Positions 35,472-46,737 of a stretch of DNA of 54,740 bases are shown here, piece after piece. This DNA is from Gammaproteobacteria bacterium. GTDB taxonomy: Bacteria > Pseudomonadota > Gammaproteobacteria > Pseudomonadales > Pseudohongiellaceae. Location: contig JASBUV010000164.1 in the NCBI GenBank assembly GCA_030147705.1, positions 1 through 54,740 on the forward strand, in the 5' to 3' direction. The notes beneath the pieces are model-generated. The model saw only the letters and a list, made by a program, of their open reading frames with translations, was not told the origin of the DNA and did no database searches. How positions within the stretch are numbered: the stretch's first letter is position 1; each line of letters starts with the position of its first letter. The translations under genes and the position numbers were made by a program.

Positions 35472-38147
35472 ATGAAAAAATTGTTTTTTTCTTTGTCGCT
35501 GGTTATCGGCCTGGCCAATTCCGCAGTCGCACAAACGTTTACGATCGCTGACATCATCGTTGATGGCTATCAGCGTATCTCACCGGGCATTATCTATAAC
35601 CTGTTGCCTGTCGGTATCGGCGACGAGGTTAATGCGCTCACTCCCGCTGAAATAATCCGCTCGCTTTCTGCTTCCGAATACTTCGACGAAATCGAAGTTG
35701 CGCGCGAAGGCAATATCCTGATTATCACAGTGCTTGAACGCCCTTCGGTGGCTGAGATCGCTATCACGGGAAACAGTGTTCTCGAAACGGAAGATATTAT
35801 TGAGAATATGGCGGGTGCGGGTATTGCTGAAGGGCAGATTTTCACGCGTGCCGCGCTCGAGGCGATCCAGCAGGGCATTCAGGACGTTTACTCATCGCGT
35901 GGTCGTTACGGCGCCGCTGTCGAGGTGGAAGTCGAGGAACTGCCACGCAATCGCGTAGCGATCAGTCTCGACATCAATGAAGGTGAAGAGTCTCGCATTC
36001 GACACATCAACATAGTTGGCAATCAGGCTTTCGAAGAGGAAGAGCTGCTGGGACTGCTCGAATTGGGAACCAAGCCCTGGTACCTGTTCTTAAGCCGCAA
36101 GGACAGATATTCACGCGAGCAGTTCTCCGGTGATCTTGAGCGCCTTGAGTCGTTCTACCTGGACAATGGCTATGTCGAATTCAATATCGATTCAACGCCC
36201 ATCTCGATCACACCTGATCGCAAAGAAGTGTATATCACGATCAATATCTCTGAAGGCGAGCAATACGTAGTAAGCGAGGTGGATCTCGCCGGGGATCTGG
36301 TCGATGCGGAGGGATTGTTACGCGCGTCGATTTTTGTACGACCTGGTCAGATCTATTCCCAGGGGCTGGTGACCGGAACGGAAGAGATCATGGTGCAGCG
36401 GCTGGGGAATCTGGGCTACGCATTTGCCGAAGCAACCGGTGTCCCGGAAGTGAACGAAGAAGATCAGACAGTTGAAGTGACGTTCTTTATCGAGCCGGGC
36501 AACAGAACCTATGTCAATCGAATCAATTTTGATGGCAACCTGTCCACGGCTGACGATGTGCTGCGCCGTGAGATGCGCCAATTGGAAAGTGCGCCAGCAT
36601 CCAGTGCGCAAATCGAGCAGTCAAAAATTCGCCTTGAGCGACTGGGCTACTTCGAAACAGTCGAGGTGGAGACTGAAGAAGTGCCTGGCACTGAAGATCA
36701 GATAGATGTGAACTACAGCGTCGCTGAACAGAATTTCGGTGCAGTAAGCTTTCAGATCGGTACAGGCGGGGGCGGTGACTTTTTCATCAGCTCGAATCTA
36801 CAGGCGCAAAACTTTCTAGGTACTGGCCGCACAATCGGAATCGGGGTCAACAAGTCGCGATTCCAGAAAGGCCTGAACTTTCGCTATGTTGATCCGTTTT
36901 ACACGCTGGATGGGGTGAGCCGCGGTTTCAATATTTTTGCGCAAGAGATCGACTCGCCCTTCAACGTGTCGAATTTCAATACCTCATCCTATGGCGGCAC
37001 GGTCAGCTTCAGTTACCCCTTGAGTGAAATCCAGGTACTCGGTTTCGACCTGGGATACAGTCATACCGAGTTAAGTGCGGGCCTTGGGTCTGTGCAGGAG
37101 ATTGTTTCCAGTCCGACGCTTTTCCAAGGCATCGACAAGTATGTCATCAGTTCTCCGAATGCAAATCCGTTCGATGGGCCGGTCGTCGATTCGGTACTCG
37201 GCAATGTCAACGATCTGAATGACTTCCAGTTGCAACGGAATCTGGAATCTGGCTTTGTCGATCGCAACGGCGATACTTTCGACAATTTTACTATTACCGG
37301 TAACTGGTCACGCTTCACGCTGAATCGCGGTCAGCTCGCTAACGATGGTTCATTGCATCAGATCGGTGTAGAAGTCACTCTGCCGGGTAGTGATCTGGAA
37401 TATGCGCGGGTCAGTTATTCAAACCAGATGTACTGGCCGCTCACTCAGAACCGCGACTGGGTACTGGCGTTGTCGGCCAATATTGGCTATGGCTTCGGTT
37501 ATGGCGATTCCAAAGAGATTCCCTTCTTCAATCATTTCTTCGCCGGTGGTCTGATTTCCGGTGGGGGGCGCGTGCGGGGCTTCGATGAGAACAGCCTTGG
37601 CCCACAGAGTACCCCGGGTGCCCGCTATCTGACGGAGAGGGGGATCAGTCTCGCCAAGGACGAGGATGGCAACATCATTCGCAACCTGGATGGTACTGCA
37701 AATCTGAGCAATGAAGTCGGCTACCAGACCGTTCCTGTGCTCGATGCCAACGGCGATCCGGTGCTCGACGCAAACGGTAACCAGCAGATCCAGCTCGCTG
37801 TCCAGAATTTCTTCCTCGATGAGGATTATGATAGTTTTGGTGGTAATATATTGACCACAGCATCGCTGGAATTGCTGTTTCCGCTGCCCTTCATAGATGA
37901 TACGAGTCGAGTGAGATCGGCTTTTTTTATTGACGCTGGAAATGTTTTCTCGTCAAATTGCACGGAACGTCAGCGCTTGCTGAAAAACTGTTCTGACTTC
38001 GATTTCAAGGAATTGCGGTACGCGGCAGGTGTGAGTATCACCTACCTCTCGCCATTTGGGCCTTTGACTTTCTACCTGGCTCAGCCTTTTGGTAAAGATG
38101 GCGACGACACCAAACAGTTCGACTTTACTGTGGGTACCGGATTTTAA
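35472..38147 (+). CDS. bamA: outer membrane protein assembly factor BamA
   Basis: Signal peptide MKKLFFSLSLVIGLANSAVA, five POTRA-like repeats, a beta-barrel with the loop-6 VRGF motif, and a terminal aromatic residue (GTGF). Start set at ATG 35472. Confidence 0.93.
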   Translation: MKKLFFSLSLVIGLANSAVAQTFTIADIIVDGYQRISPGIIYNLLPVGIGDEVNALTPAEIIRSLSASEYFDEIEVAREGNILIITVLERPSVAEIAITGNSVLETEDIIENMAGAGIAEGQIFTRAALEAIQQGIQDVYSSRGRYGAAVEVEVEELPRNRVAISLDINEGEESRIRHINIVGNQAFEEEELLGLLELGTKPWYLFLSRKDRYSREQFSGDLERLESFYLDNGYVEFNIDSTPISITPDRKEVYITINISEGEQYVVSEVDLAGDLVDAEGLLRASIFVRPGQIYSQGLVTGTEEIMVQRLGNLGYAFAEATGVPEVNEEDQTVEVTFFIEPGNRTYVNRINFDGNLSTADDVLRREMRQLESAPASSAQIEQSKIRLERLGYFETVEVETEEVPGTEDQIDVNYSVAEQNFGAVSFQIGTGGGGDFFISSNLQAQNFLGTGRTIGIGVNKSRFQKGLNFRYVDPFYTLDGVSRGFNIFAQEIDSPFNVSNFNTSSYGGTVSFSYPLSEIQVLGFDLGYSHTELSAGLGSVQEIVSSPTLFQGIDKYVISSPNANPFDGPVVDSVLGNVNDLNDFQLQRNLESGFVDRNGDTFDNFTITGNWSRFTLNRGQLANDGSLHQIGVEVTLPGSDLEYARVSYSNQMYWPLTQNRDWVLALSANIGYGFGYGDSKEIPFFNHFFAGGLISGGGRVRGFDENSLGPQSTPGARYLTERGISLAKDEDGNIIRNLDGTANLSNEVGYQTVPVLDANGDPVLDANGNQQIQLAVQNFFLDEDYDSFGGNILTTASLELLFPLPFIDDTSRVRSAFFIDAGNVFSSNCTERQRLLKNCSDFDFKELRYAAGVSITYLSPFGPLTFYLAQPFGKDGDDTKQFDFTVGTGF

Positions 38148-38234
38148 AGTAGCAACAAGTGGGATCAATGACCCACGGAATTCATGCCGGATGACTGAAG
38201 ATGCAGTGACCGGTGAACGATTTGGAGATGTAAA

Positions 38235-38759
38235 GTGAAAACGATCAAGATTCTGATTGCCAGTTTTAGCCTGTTGCTCGTCGCCCAGGGCGCCGCTGCA
38301 CAAGGTACCAAGATTGGTGTGTTGAATGCACTTCAGGCGCTGTTCAATTCCGATGCAGCGCGCGTTGTTCAGCAAGAGCTCGATGAAGAGTTTGCTGAAG
38401 ACGAGCAGCGTGCGACCAGTCTCGGTCAGCAGCTGCAATCTCTACAAACAGAGTATCGTCAGAATGAAGCGGTGATGACCGAAGAGCAGAAGCGCCGCAT
38501 GAACTCAAACGCCCAGGATCTTCAGGTGCAGTTACAGCTTATCCAGGAGCGAGTTCAGACTGCGCTGCAGGAACAGCAACAAGCCTTTGTACAAAGAATG
38601 CAGGGTGAGCTAGGAACTGCCGTAACTGAAGTGGTTGCCGAAGGCGGCTACGACCTCATCCTCAATGCCGAAGCAGTTCCCTACTTTGCTCCAGTTCTGG
38701 ATATTACTGCGCAAGTTACAGCAAAGCTCAACGAACTCACTGCTCAAGCTAACGACTGA
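38235..38759 (+). CDS. skp: periplasmic chaperone Skp (OmpH)
   Basis: GTG start after GGAG, a signal peptide, Q/E-rich coiled-coil arms, and the conserved bamA-skp-lpxD position. Confidence 0.8.
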   Translation: MKTIKILIASFSLLLVAQGAAAQGTKIGVLNALQALFNSDAARVVQQELDEEFAEDEQRATSLGQQLQSLQTEYRQNEAVMTEEQKRRMNSNAQDLQVQLQLIQERVQTALQEQQQAFVQRMQGELGTAVTEVVAEGGYDLILNAEAVPYFAPVLDITAQVTAKLNELTAQAND

Positions 38760-38785
38760 GCCAACTCGGCCCGGGTTGGTGCCAG

Positions 38786-39817
38786 GTGACACAGAAAAAA
38801 AGTTATAGGCTGAGCGAACTGGCCAGTCATCTGGGTCTGAAACTTGTCGGTGATGAGAGTTGCGAAATCTCGGGATTAGGTACTCTGGCAAATGCCGAAA
38901 AAGGCCAGCTGAGTTTCCTGAGTAGTCCTTCCTACGTCGATCAATTGAGTGGCTGCCGTGCCTCGGCAGTCATACTCTCGGAAAAATTCATTTCTCGATG
39001 GGATGGAAATGCGCTGCTTTCCGAGTCGCCTTATGTGGCATTTGCACATGCTTCCAAACTGTTTGTCGAAACCAAGGTACCGGCTCCTGGAGTGCATCCG
39101 AGTGCGGTCGTGGCGGACGATGTCAATGTGCCTGAATCAGCCTCAATCGGGCCCAATGCTGTTGTAGAAAGCGGCGTTCAGCTCGGTGAGAGAGTCGTTG
39201 TCGCGTCAAGCTGTCACATAGGTGCGAATGCCGTACTGGGTGACGGGAGTGTATTGAAACCGAATGTGACGCTCTATCATGGCGTCAGGTTGGGTCGCAA
39301 TGTGGTGATTCATAGTGGAGCCGTAATCGGTGCCGATGGCTTCGGCTACGCATTCGACGGCGAGCGCTCAATCAAGATCCACCAACTGGGCGCAGTATTG
39401 ATTGGAGACGATGTTGAGATTGGTGCCGGCACCACGATTGACAGGGGCGCGATAGACGACACTGTTATTGAACAAGGGGTAAAAATAGACAATCAGGTTC
39501 AGATTGGTCACAACTGTCGCATCGGTGAACATACAGTTATCTGTGGATGTACTGCGATAGCGGGTTCGGCGGTTATCGGCAAGTACTGTGTACTTGGCGG
39601 GGCGACCGGAGTAGTAGGCCATATTGAAATCGCAGACGGAGTGCAGGTGAGTGCGATGTCGCTGGTAGATCGCACGATAAAAGAAGCTGGTGTCTATTCA
39701 TCAGGCACCGGATTCATGAAAACAGCTCAGTGGAAGCGCAGTACAATACGATTCCGTGAGTTGGACAGTATTGCCAGACGGCTGAAAGAATTAGAGAAAA
39801 AGACCGATACAGAGTAA
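38786..39817 (+). CDS. lpxD: UDP-3-O-(3-hydroxyacyl)glucosamine N-acyltransferase
   Basis: N-terminal [17 protein letters not shown], a long hexapeptide-repeat beta-helix and a C-terminal helix. GTG start. Confidence 0.93.
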   Translation: MTQKKSYRLSELASHLGLKLVGDESCEISGLGTLANAEKGQLSFLSSPSYVDQLSGCRASAVILSEKFISRWDGNALLSESPYVAFAHASKLFVETKVPAPGVHPSAVVADDVNVPESASIGPNAVVESGVQLGERVVVASSCHIGANAVLGDGSVLKPNVTLYHGVRLGRNVVIHSGAVIGADGFGYAFDGERSIKIHQLGAVLIGDDVEIGAGTTIDRGAIDDTVIEQGVKIDNQVQIGHNCRIGEHTVICGCTAIAGSAVIGKYCVLGGATGVVGHIEIADGVQVSAMSLVDRTIKEAGVYSSGTGFMKTAQWKRSTIRFRELDSIARRLKELEKKTDTE

Positions 39818-39941
39818 TACCGCCAGCATTGAGTAGCATTCGGGTTTTCGAGGGGGAGAGCCGGGGGCTGTGCTGCGCAAGTATCATCATTTGGTGTTAA
39901 GCAGACAGAGTGCTGTTGATGCCCAAAACAAGAGAGTCAAA

Positions 39942-40391
39942 ATGTTATTGGATGTCGAAGAAATAAAAGAGTATCTCCCGCAACGCTATCCCTTTCTATT
40001 GGTGGATCGAGTGCTGGAAATGGAGCTGGGAAAATCCATCGTCGCGTACAAAAATGTGACTGTGAACGAGCCTTTTTTTGAAGGGCATTTTCCGAATCAG
40101 CCCATCATGCCCGGTGTATTGATTATAGAGGCGCTCGCGCAGGCCGCAGGAGTGCTGGGTTTCAAGAGTCAGGAAAAAAAGCCAGCCGATGGTTACCTCT
40201 ATTATTTCGTGGGTGCAGATGAGGTGCGCTTGCGTCGCCCGGTAGTGCCGGGTGATCAGCTCATGTTGCACGCCGAAGTGATCACCAATCGCCGGGGAAT
40301 CTATAAATTTGCCGCGAAGGCGATGGTAGGCGATGAACTGGTCGGTACCATGACAATTATGTGCGCTGAGAGGCAGGTCAATGTCGATTGA
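39942..40391 (+). CDS. fabZ: 3-hydroxyacyl-ACP dehydratase FabZ
   Basis: [13 protein letters not shown] and [23 protein letters not shown] motifs. Start set at ATG 39942. Confidence 0.93.
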   Translation: MLLDVEEIKEYLPQRYPFLLVDRVLEMELGKSIVAYKNVTVNEPFFEGHFPNQPIMPGVLIIEALAQAAGVLGFKSQEKKPADGYLYYFVGADEVRLRRPVVPGDQLMLHAEVITNRRGIYKFAAKAMVGDELVGTMTIMCAERQVNVD

Positions 40392-41154
40392 TTCGAGTGC
40401 GAGAATTGATCCGAAAGCCGAGATTGATGAGAACGTCACGATCGGCCCCTGGTGCGTCATAGGCCCCGAGGTGCAGATCGGTTCTGGCACCGTGATTGAG
40501 CCGAACGTCATCATGCGTTCACATACGCGCATCGGCAAGAACAATCATTTTTTTCAGTTCAGTTCGGTGGGCGAAGATCCGGCCGACAAGAAGTTCGAAG
40601 GTGAAACTACCTGGCTGGAAATCGGTGACGACAATGTTTTTCGTGAAGGCGTCACTCTGCATCGAGGTACCGGAGTGGGGGGCGGAGTAACACGCATTGG
40701 TGATGACAATCTCATGATGCCCTATGTGCACATAGCACATGACTGCATCGTAGGAAGTCATACGGTATTCGCCAACAATGTCGGCATTTCCGGGCATGTG
40801 CAGGTCGGCGACTGGGCTGTCTTGGGCGGCTATGCGGGTGTCAATCAGTTCCTCAAGGTCGGGGCGCATGCGATGGTCGGCGGAATGACCCACATTTCCA
40901 ATGATGTACCTGCCTATATGATTGTTTCGGGTCGGCCTGCGACCGTCAGAAGCATCAATGCGGTGGGGCTGGAAAGACGAGGTTTCGACAAGGAGACCAT
41001 CGCGGAAATCCGGGAAGCTTTCAAAATTATTTACAAGCGCAATTTCAGTCTTCAGGAAGCAATCGATCAATTGAAGGCGCTGAGCGAAAACTGTGAGGCG
41101 CTGAACCTGTTGATTGAATCTCTGGAATCTTCTGAAAAAGGCATTCATCGCTAG
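40381..41154 (+). CDS. lpxA: acyl-ACP--UDP-N-acetylglucosamine O-acyltransferase
   Basis: Hexapeptide repeats followed by a helical C-terminal domain. It overlaps the fabZ end, as is usual. Confidence 0.95.
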   Translation: MSIDSSARIDPKAEIDENVTIGPWCVIGPEVQIGSGTVIEPNVIMRSHTRIGKNNHFFQFSSVGEDPADKKFEGETTWLEIGDDNVFREGVTLHRGTGVGGGVTRIGDDNLMMPYVHIAHDCIVGSHTVFANNVGISGHVQVGDWAVLGGYAGVNQFLKVGAHAMVGGMTHISNDVPAYMIVSGRPATVRSINAVGLERRGFDKETIAEIREAFKIIYKRNFSLQEAIDQLKALSENCEALNLLIESLESSEKGIHR

Positions 41155-41179
41155 CCCCTGCAGCAGGGACTAAATCTCT

Positions 41180-42334
41180 ATGACTCAGCCTGTTCGCTTT
41201 GCAATTGTCGCTGGTGAGAAATCCGGCGACATTCTGGGAGCCGGGCTGATTAGTGCGCTGCGCGAACTGTATCCCGATGCCGAGTTCATTGGTGTGGGAG
41301 GCCCGCGCATGATTGAGCAGGGCTGTCACTGTCTTGCCGACATGGAACGCCTGGCCGTGATGGGATTCGTTGAGCCTCTTGGCAGACTGCCTGAGCTGTT
41401 TCGCATCAAGAACAAACTCGAAACCGAATTCCTCGCAAATCCCCCTGCGGCGTTCATTGGCATTGATGCCCCCGATTTCAATCTGCGAATTGCCAAACGA
41501 TTACATGCTGCTGGTATCCCAACGGTCCATTATGTAAGTCCCTCTGTCTGGGCGTATCGGGAAAAACGCATTCACGGTATCAAGCAGGCTGTTGACCTGA
41601 TGCTGACGCTCTTTCCTTTCGAGACTGCCATTTACGATGAGCATGGCATTGCGGCTCGCTGTGTCGGGCATCCGCTGGCTGACGAGATCGGGTTTGATGA
41701 CAACAAAGTGAACGCGCGCGCTGAAACCGGAATAGGTGATGCAGAGCCTGTTGTAGCTCTACTGCCTGGAAGTCGCGGTGGCGAGATCAAACGGCTCGGC
41801 CCTGATCTTATTGGCGCCGCATTGGAGGCGAAGCAACACATTCCCCGGCTTCGCGTATTAATACCGGCAGCCGGTCCTGAGGCAAAATCACAATTGCAGC
41901 AGCTGTTGCGGCGAGCAAATGTCTTGAGCGGGTCCGGTTTTCAGTTGGTGGACAATTCACACACGGCGATTGCTGCTGCGGATTTGGTGCTGCTGGCATC
42001 AGGCACGGCGACCCTCGAGACGCTATTGCTGAGGCGCCCGATGGTAGTGGTTTATCGCCTTGCTGCACTGACCTACTGGCTTGCCAGCAAGATGGTCAAA
42101 GTCCCCTATGTGGCATTGCCGAATTTACTGGCTGGTAGACGTCTGGTGCCTGAGTACATCCAGAATCAGGTAAGCATTCCTGTGTTGCGAGATGAAATAG
42201 TCTCGTTTTTTAACAGCCCTGAATCCCGGCAGGATAACCTCGCGTTCTTTGAACAAATACATCGCGAGTTGCGCAAGAATGCATCGGACTCTGCAGCGCG
42301 GGCAATTAGCGAATTACTTGGCCATGCAACCTGA
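41180..42334 (+). CDS. lpxB: lipid-A-disaccharide synthase
   Basis: FAIVAGEKSGDILGAGL, IGIDAPDFN and YVSPSVWAWR-like (YVSPSVWAYR) motifs. Confidence 0.93.
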   Translation: MTQPVRFAIVAGEKSGDILGAGLISALRELYPDAEFIGVGGPRMIEQGCHCLADMERLAVMGFVEPLGRLPELFRIKNKLETEFLANPPAAFIGIDAPDFNLRIAKRLHAAGIPTVHYVSPSVWAYREKRIHGIKQAVDLMLTLFPFETAIYDEHGIAARCVGHPLADEIGFDDNKVNARAETGIGDAEPVVALLPGSRGGEIKRLGPDLIGAALEAKQHIPRLRVLIPAAGPEAKSQLQQLLRRANVLSGSGFQLVDNSHTAIAAADLVLLASGTATLETLLLRRPMVVVYRLAALTYWLASKMVKVPYVALPNLLAGRRLVPEYIQNQVSIPVLRDEIVSFFNSPESRQDNLAFFEQIHRELRKNASDSAARAISELLGHAT

Positions 42335-42364
42335 TGCGTCTTGGCTTCGGAAGAGCGTGTAACG

Positions 42365-42982
42365 ATGATCGAGCAGGCAGCGATTGACTTTCCAGCGTTG
42401 GACGATCCGGCTTGCTTGTGTGCGGGAACCGATGAAGTTGGCAGAGGACCGCTAGCAGGTGATGTGGTTGCTGCTGCTGTGATACTGGAGCGAGGCGCCA
42501 CAATCAGCGGTCTCAATGACTCCAAAAAGTTAACGCACAAACAACGTTTACTCTGCGCTGACGTCATCAAGGCGGAAGCGCGAGCCTGGTGTGTCGCGCG
42601 CGCGAGTGTGGAAGAAATCGATGAGCTGAATATTCTTCATGCCAGCTTGCTAGCGATGAAGCGTGCTGTAGAAGGCCTGGCGCTCGACCCTGATTTCGTC
42701 TTCGTTGATGGCAAGTTTTGCCCGCAATGGCAGTATCGAAGTCAGGCAGTGGTAAAAGGCGATTCCCGGATTCCAGCAATCGCTGCCGCGTCAATTCTGG
42801 CCAAGGTGACCCGCGACGAAGAAATGGCTGCTTTCGAGTCACTCTATCCCGGCTACGGGTTTGCTCAGCATAAAGGTTACCCGACTGCAAAACACCTGGA
42901 AGCACTGCGCGAGCGGGGACCCTGTGTCATTCATCGTCGTTCGTTTGCGCCAGTGGCTGCGCTGCTGGATGAGCAAAGTTAA
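42365..42982 (+). CDS. rnhB: ribonuclease HII
   Basis: [22 protein letters not shown] and DSKKL motifs. The MIEQ... start parallels E. coli MIEF...; TTG 42341 is an alternative start. Confidence 0.9.
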   Translation: MIEQAAIDFPALDDPACLCAGTDEVGRGPLAGDVVAAAVILERGATISGLNDSKKLTHKQRLLCADVIKAEARAWCVARASVEEIDELNILHASLLAMKRAVEGLALDPDFVFVDGKFCPQWQYRSQAVVKGDSRIPAIAAASILAKVTRDEEMAAFESLYPGYGFAQHKGYPTAKHLEALRERGPCVIHRRSFAPVAALLDEQS

Positions 42983-43027
42983 ACCTCGCGCCACTGCCTA
43001 TTGTCTGAATCGCTCTCGTCAATAATA

Positions 43028-46000
43028 ATGGCGTCCATGCCTGCCGCTCCAACGTCCCAATATTTCGCACACCTGCGCCTCCACACGGAATTTTCGATCA
43101 GTGATGGTCTGGTCACTATTGGCCCGCTGATTAATCGCCTGCGTGACATCAACATGCCCGCTATTGCGATCACTGATCTGGCCAATCTGTTCGGGTTGAT
43201 CAAGTTCTACAGCGGCGCATTGCAGAACGGCATCAAGCCAGTTTGTGGTTGCGATGTGCTGGTTGAAAACGCTGAAGGAGTGCGAACGCCTCTGGTGTTG
43301 CTGGTGCAGGATTCTGTCGGCTACCTCAATCTGACCAAATTGATTTCCGAGCTCTATACCCGTGGAGACTCAATCGCTGAGCCGGTGCTCCCGCAACACC
43401 GTCTCGAGGAACTTGGAACCGGGCTTATCGCTCTTTCAGGTGCGCAACGAGGTGATATAGGACGAGCATTGCTCGATGGCGATGAGGATCTGGCGAGGCA
43501 ATGCCTTGCTCGCTGGCGCGAACTATTCCCGAACCGCTTCTATCTGGAACTGCAACGCGTCGGTAAACGCGAAGAAGAAGCCTATATCGCGGCAGCGGTC
43601 AGACTCGCCCTGGATGAGCAGTGCCCGGTGGTTGCCACCAACGATGTTCGCTTCCTGCAGCAGGATGATTTCGATGCCCATGAAGTGCGCGTCTGCATCA
43701 ATGAGCGCCGCACACTGGACGATCCCCGTCGACCACACAATTACACCGACCAGCAATACCTCAAGACCGCCGAAGAGATGACAGCCCTGTTCATTGATAT
43801 TCCCGAGGCGATCAGTAATGCCGGCGAGATTGTCAAACGCTGTAATCTGCAGCTGACTCTGGGTGAGCCGAGTCTGCCCAACTATCCCGTTCCTGATGGC
43901 ATGACCATGGAGGAGTACTTCGCGGATCTTTCCAGAAAAGGGCTCGAGAAACGCTTGCAGGCACTGTTCGCAGAGCGAGCTAACGATCCTGAGGTGAGAA
44001 AACCCTACTTCGATCGTCTGGATATGGAGCTGGGCATCATCAATCAGATGGGTTTCCCTGGCTATTTTCTTATCGTCATGGAGTTTATCCAGTGGGCCAA
44101 GGACAACGGCATTCCGGTCGGGCCGGGCCGAGGCTCCGGTGCAGGCTCGATCGTCGCTTATGCGCTTAAGATTACCGATCTCGATCCTCTCAAATACGAT
44201 CTCCTGTTCGAACGATTTCTGAATCCGGAGCGGGTATCGATGCCGGATTTCGATGTCGATTTCTGCATGGAGGGGCGCGATCGGGTAATCCAGCATGTGG
44301 CCGAACTGTACGGCAGCGAGGCTGTTTCGCAGATCATCACTTTCGGCACTATGGCAGCCAAAGCGGTAGTTCGGGATGTGGCACGGGTGCAGGGCAAGCC
44401 TTATGCATTGGCAGACAAGTTATCGAAGCTGATCCCCTTTGTTCCGGGCATGACGCTCAGTCAGGCCTTTGAAGACGAACCACAGCTTGGTGAGTTCGTG
44501 GACAGTGATGAGGATGCCCAGGAAATCATGGAGATGGCCTACAAACTTGAGGGGATCACCCGCAATGTAGGCAAACATGCAGGGGGTGTGGTCATTGCGC
44601 CCACCAAACTGACAGACTTCACACCGCTCTATTGTGATGAATCGGGACAGGGGCTGGTCACACAATTCGATAAAAACGACGTCGAGACAGCCGGCCTGGT
44701 GAAGTTTGACTTTCTTGGCTTGCGTACGCTGACGATCATCGACTGGGCGGTGAAGATGATCAATGCCAAGCTCCCGGAAGGCGAGACGCCAGTCGACGTC
44801 AATACCTTGCCGCTCGATGATGCGGCAGTCTTCGATCTGCTGAAAAACGGCGAGACCACTGCGGTATTTCAGCTTGAATCCCGTGGCATGAAAGACTTGA
44901 TCAAGCGTCTGGTGCCCAGCAGTTTCGAAGACATTATCGCGCTCGTGGCACTGTTTCGGCCGGGGCCTTTGCAATCGGGCATGGTCGACGACTTTATTGA
45001 TCGCAAACACGGTCGCAAGGAAGTGGTTTATCCACATGAGGAATTGGCCCCGGTGCTGGGCAATACCTATGGTGTGATTCTGTATCAGGAACAGGTCATG
45101 CAGATTGCCCAGGTACTCGCGAACTATACGCTGGGTGGCGCCGATATTTTGCGCAAGGCCATGGGCAAGAAGAAGCCCGAAGAAATGGCCAAGCAGCGTG
45201 TGACCTTTACAGAAGGCGCAGTCGCTCGCGGTATCGATCAGGCATTGGCTGAATCCATCTTCGACTTGATGGAAAAGTTTGCGGGCTATGGCTTTAACAA
45301 ATCCCACTCAGCGGCTTATGCGCTGGTGTCCTATCAAACAGCCTGGCTGAAAGCGCATTACCCGGCCTATTTTATGGCGGCCGTATTGACCGCCGATATG
45401 CAGAATACCGACAAGATAGTCACGCTGATTGACGAGTGTCGGTCCATGAATCTGAAAATTCTGCCACCCGATATCAATGTCGGGCGTTTCAATTTTACCG
45501 TGAACGATGCCGGTGAAATTGTCTATGGACTGGGCGCCATCAAAGGGCTGGGCGAAGGCCCTGTGGAGAAAATTCTTGCGGCGCGGGCAGATGGACCTTT
45601 CGAGAGTCTTCTCGATCTTTGTAGCAGAGTCGATGCGCAGACCGTCAACAAGCGCACTATGGAAGCGCTCATCAGAGCGGGAGCACTGGATAATTTTGTC
45701 GACGGAGATGTCGACTATTCGCGGGGATTGCTGAGTGCATCGCTCGCTGATGCCATGCAGGCGGCGGAGCAGAGCAGTCGCAATCAGGCGAGCGGAGTTG
45801 AAGATTTGTTCGGTGAAATCGCTCCGGAAGAGCCAGCGATTGCGGGCGATGGTGCTGTGAAATTCCGACCGTGGAGCGAAAAGCAAAGGCTGACTGCTGA
45901 GAAGGAAACGCTAGGCTTGTATCTCTCCGGGCATCCTATCGACGAACATCTCGCTGAGCTCAAGCAGATTGCGCCAAATCGACTTGTGAATATGCGGCCG

Positions 46001-46618
46001 GAGCGTGGTGGCCAGATTGCGGCTGGATTGCTGCACGGCTTCAGAACCATGAAGAGCAAGAGCGGCGATACCATCGCTTTTCTGACGCTTGATGATCGCA
46101 GTGCGCGCTTCGAGATTTCCCTCTTTGCCAAAGAATATGAAAAGTATCGCGACCTCATTCAGAAGGACGAGATACTGATTATCGAATGCAGCGTCAGCGT
46201 CGATGATTACAGCGGTGGCATGAAGGGTCGAGCACGCCAGGTCATGACGCTGGAACAGGCGCGGCACAAGTTCGCTCAGCAGCTCACCTTGCGCCTCGAC
46301 AGTGCTGATTTGCCTGGTAATTTTTGCGATGTGCTGGAAAAAATTCTCGCGCCCTATTGTCGGCAGACCCAGACCATGAGTGCGACCGGCACCAACGGCA
46401 GTCACATCCCCGTACCAACGCCAGGTCAGGGCGGTGCTGAGCCAGCTCAAACATGCCGGGTGATGATTGACCTTCAGCGATCTACATCCAAAGGATGTAT
46501 AATGCTCGGGGAGCAATGGCAGGTAACGCCTGCCGATGAACTGATTGAGAGGCTGAAATCCGAATTCGGCCGCACCCAGGTGGGGCTGAAGTACAACAAG
46601 TCTGCCGCCTTTAATTGA
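43028..46618 (+). CDS. dnaE: DNA polymerase III alpha subunit
   Basis: About 1196 aa with a PHP domain (FAHLRLHTEFS), a polymerase core (MPDFDVDF) and a C-terminal OB fold. The start is uncertain among TTG 43001, ATG 43028 and ATG 43037. Confidence 0.95.
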   Translation: MASMPAAPTSQYFAHLRLHTEFSISDGLVTIGPLINRLRDINMPAIAITDLANLFGLIKFYSGALQNGIKPVCGCDVLVENAEGVRTPLVLLVQDSVGYLNLTKLISELYTRGDSIAEPVLPQHRLEELGTGLIALSGAQRGDIGRALLDGDEDLARQCLARWRELFPNRFYLELQRVGKREEEAYIAAAVRLALDEQCPVVATNDVRFLQQDDFDAHEVRVCINERRTLDDPRRPHNYTDQQYLKTAEEMTALFIDIPEAISNAGEIVKRCNLQLTLGEPSLPNYPVPDGMTMEEYFADLSRKGLEKRLQALFAERANDPEVRKPYFDRLDMELGIINQMGFPGYFLIVMEFIQWAKDNGIPVGPGRGSGAGSIVAYALKITDLDPLKYDLLFERFLNPERVSMPDFDVDFCMEGRDRVIQHVAELYGSEAVSQIITFGTMAAKAVVRDVARVQGKPYALADKLSKLIPFVPGMTLSQAFEDEPQLGEFVDSDEDAQEIMEMAYKLEGITRNVGKHAGGVVIAPTKLTDFTPLYCDESGQGLVTQFDKNDVETAGLVKFDFLGLRTLTIIDWAVKMINAKLPEGETPVDVNTLPLDDAAVFDLLKNGETTAVFQLESRGMKDLIKRLVPSSFEDIIALVALFRPGPLQSGMVDDFIDRKHGRKEVVYPHEELAPVLGNTYGVILYQEQVMQIAQVLANYTLGGADILRKAMGKKKPEEMAKQRVTFTEGAVARGIDQALAESIFDLMEKFAGYGFNKSHSAAYALVSYQTAWLKAHYPAYFMAAVLTADMQNTDKIVTLIDECRSMNLKILPPDINVGRFNFTVNDAGEIVYGLGAIKGLGEGPVEKILAARADGPFESLLDLCSRVDAQTVNKRTMEALIRAGALDNFVDGDVDYSRGLLSASLADAMQAAEQSSRNQASGVEDLFGEIAPEEPAIAGDGAVKFRPWSEKQRLTAEKETLGLYLSGHPIDEHLAELKQIAPNRLVNMRPERGGQIAAGLLHGFRTMKSKSGDTIAFLTLDDRSARFEISLFAKEYEKYRDLIQKDEILIIECSVSVDDYSGGMKGRARQVMTLEQARHKFAQQLTLRLDSADLPGNFCDVLEKILAPYCRQTQTMSATGTNGSHIPVPTPGQGGAEPAQTCRVMIDLQRSTSKGCIMLGEQWQVTPADELIERLKSEFGRTQVGLKYNKSAAFN

Positions 46619-46737
46619 AAAGCTGGTGATTGAGAGCTCTGATTGAGAACTCAGTGATTGAAAGGCTGTTGCTGACCAACAGGATATCACCGGAAAGACT
46701 GAACGAATCGAACGAACTGGAAGTGATTGGACGATAA

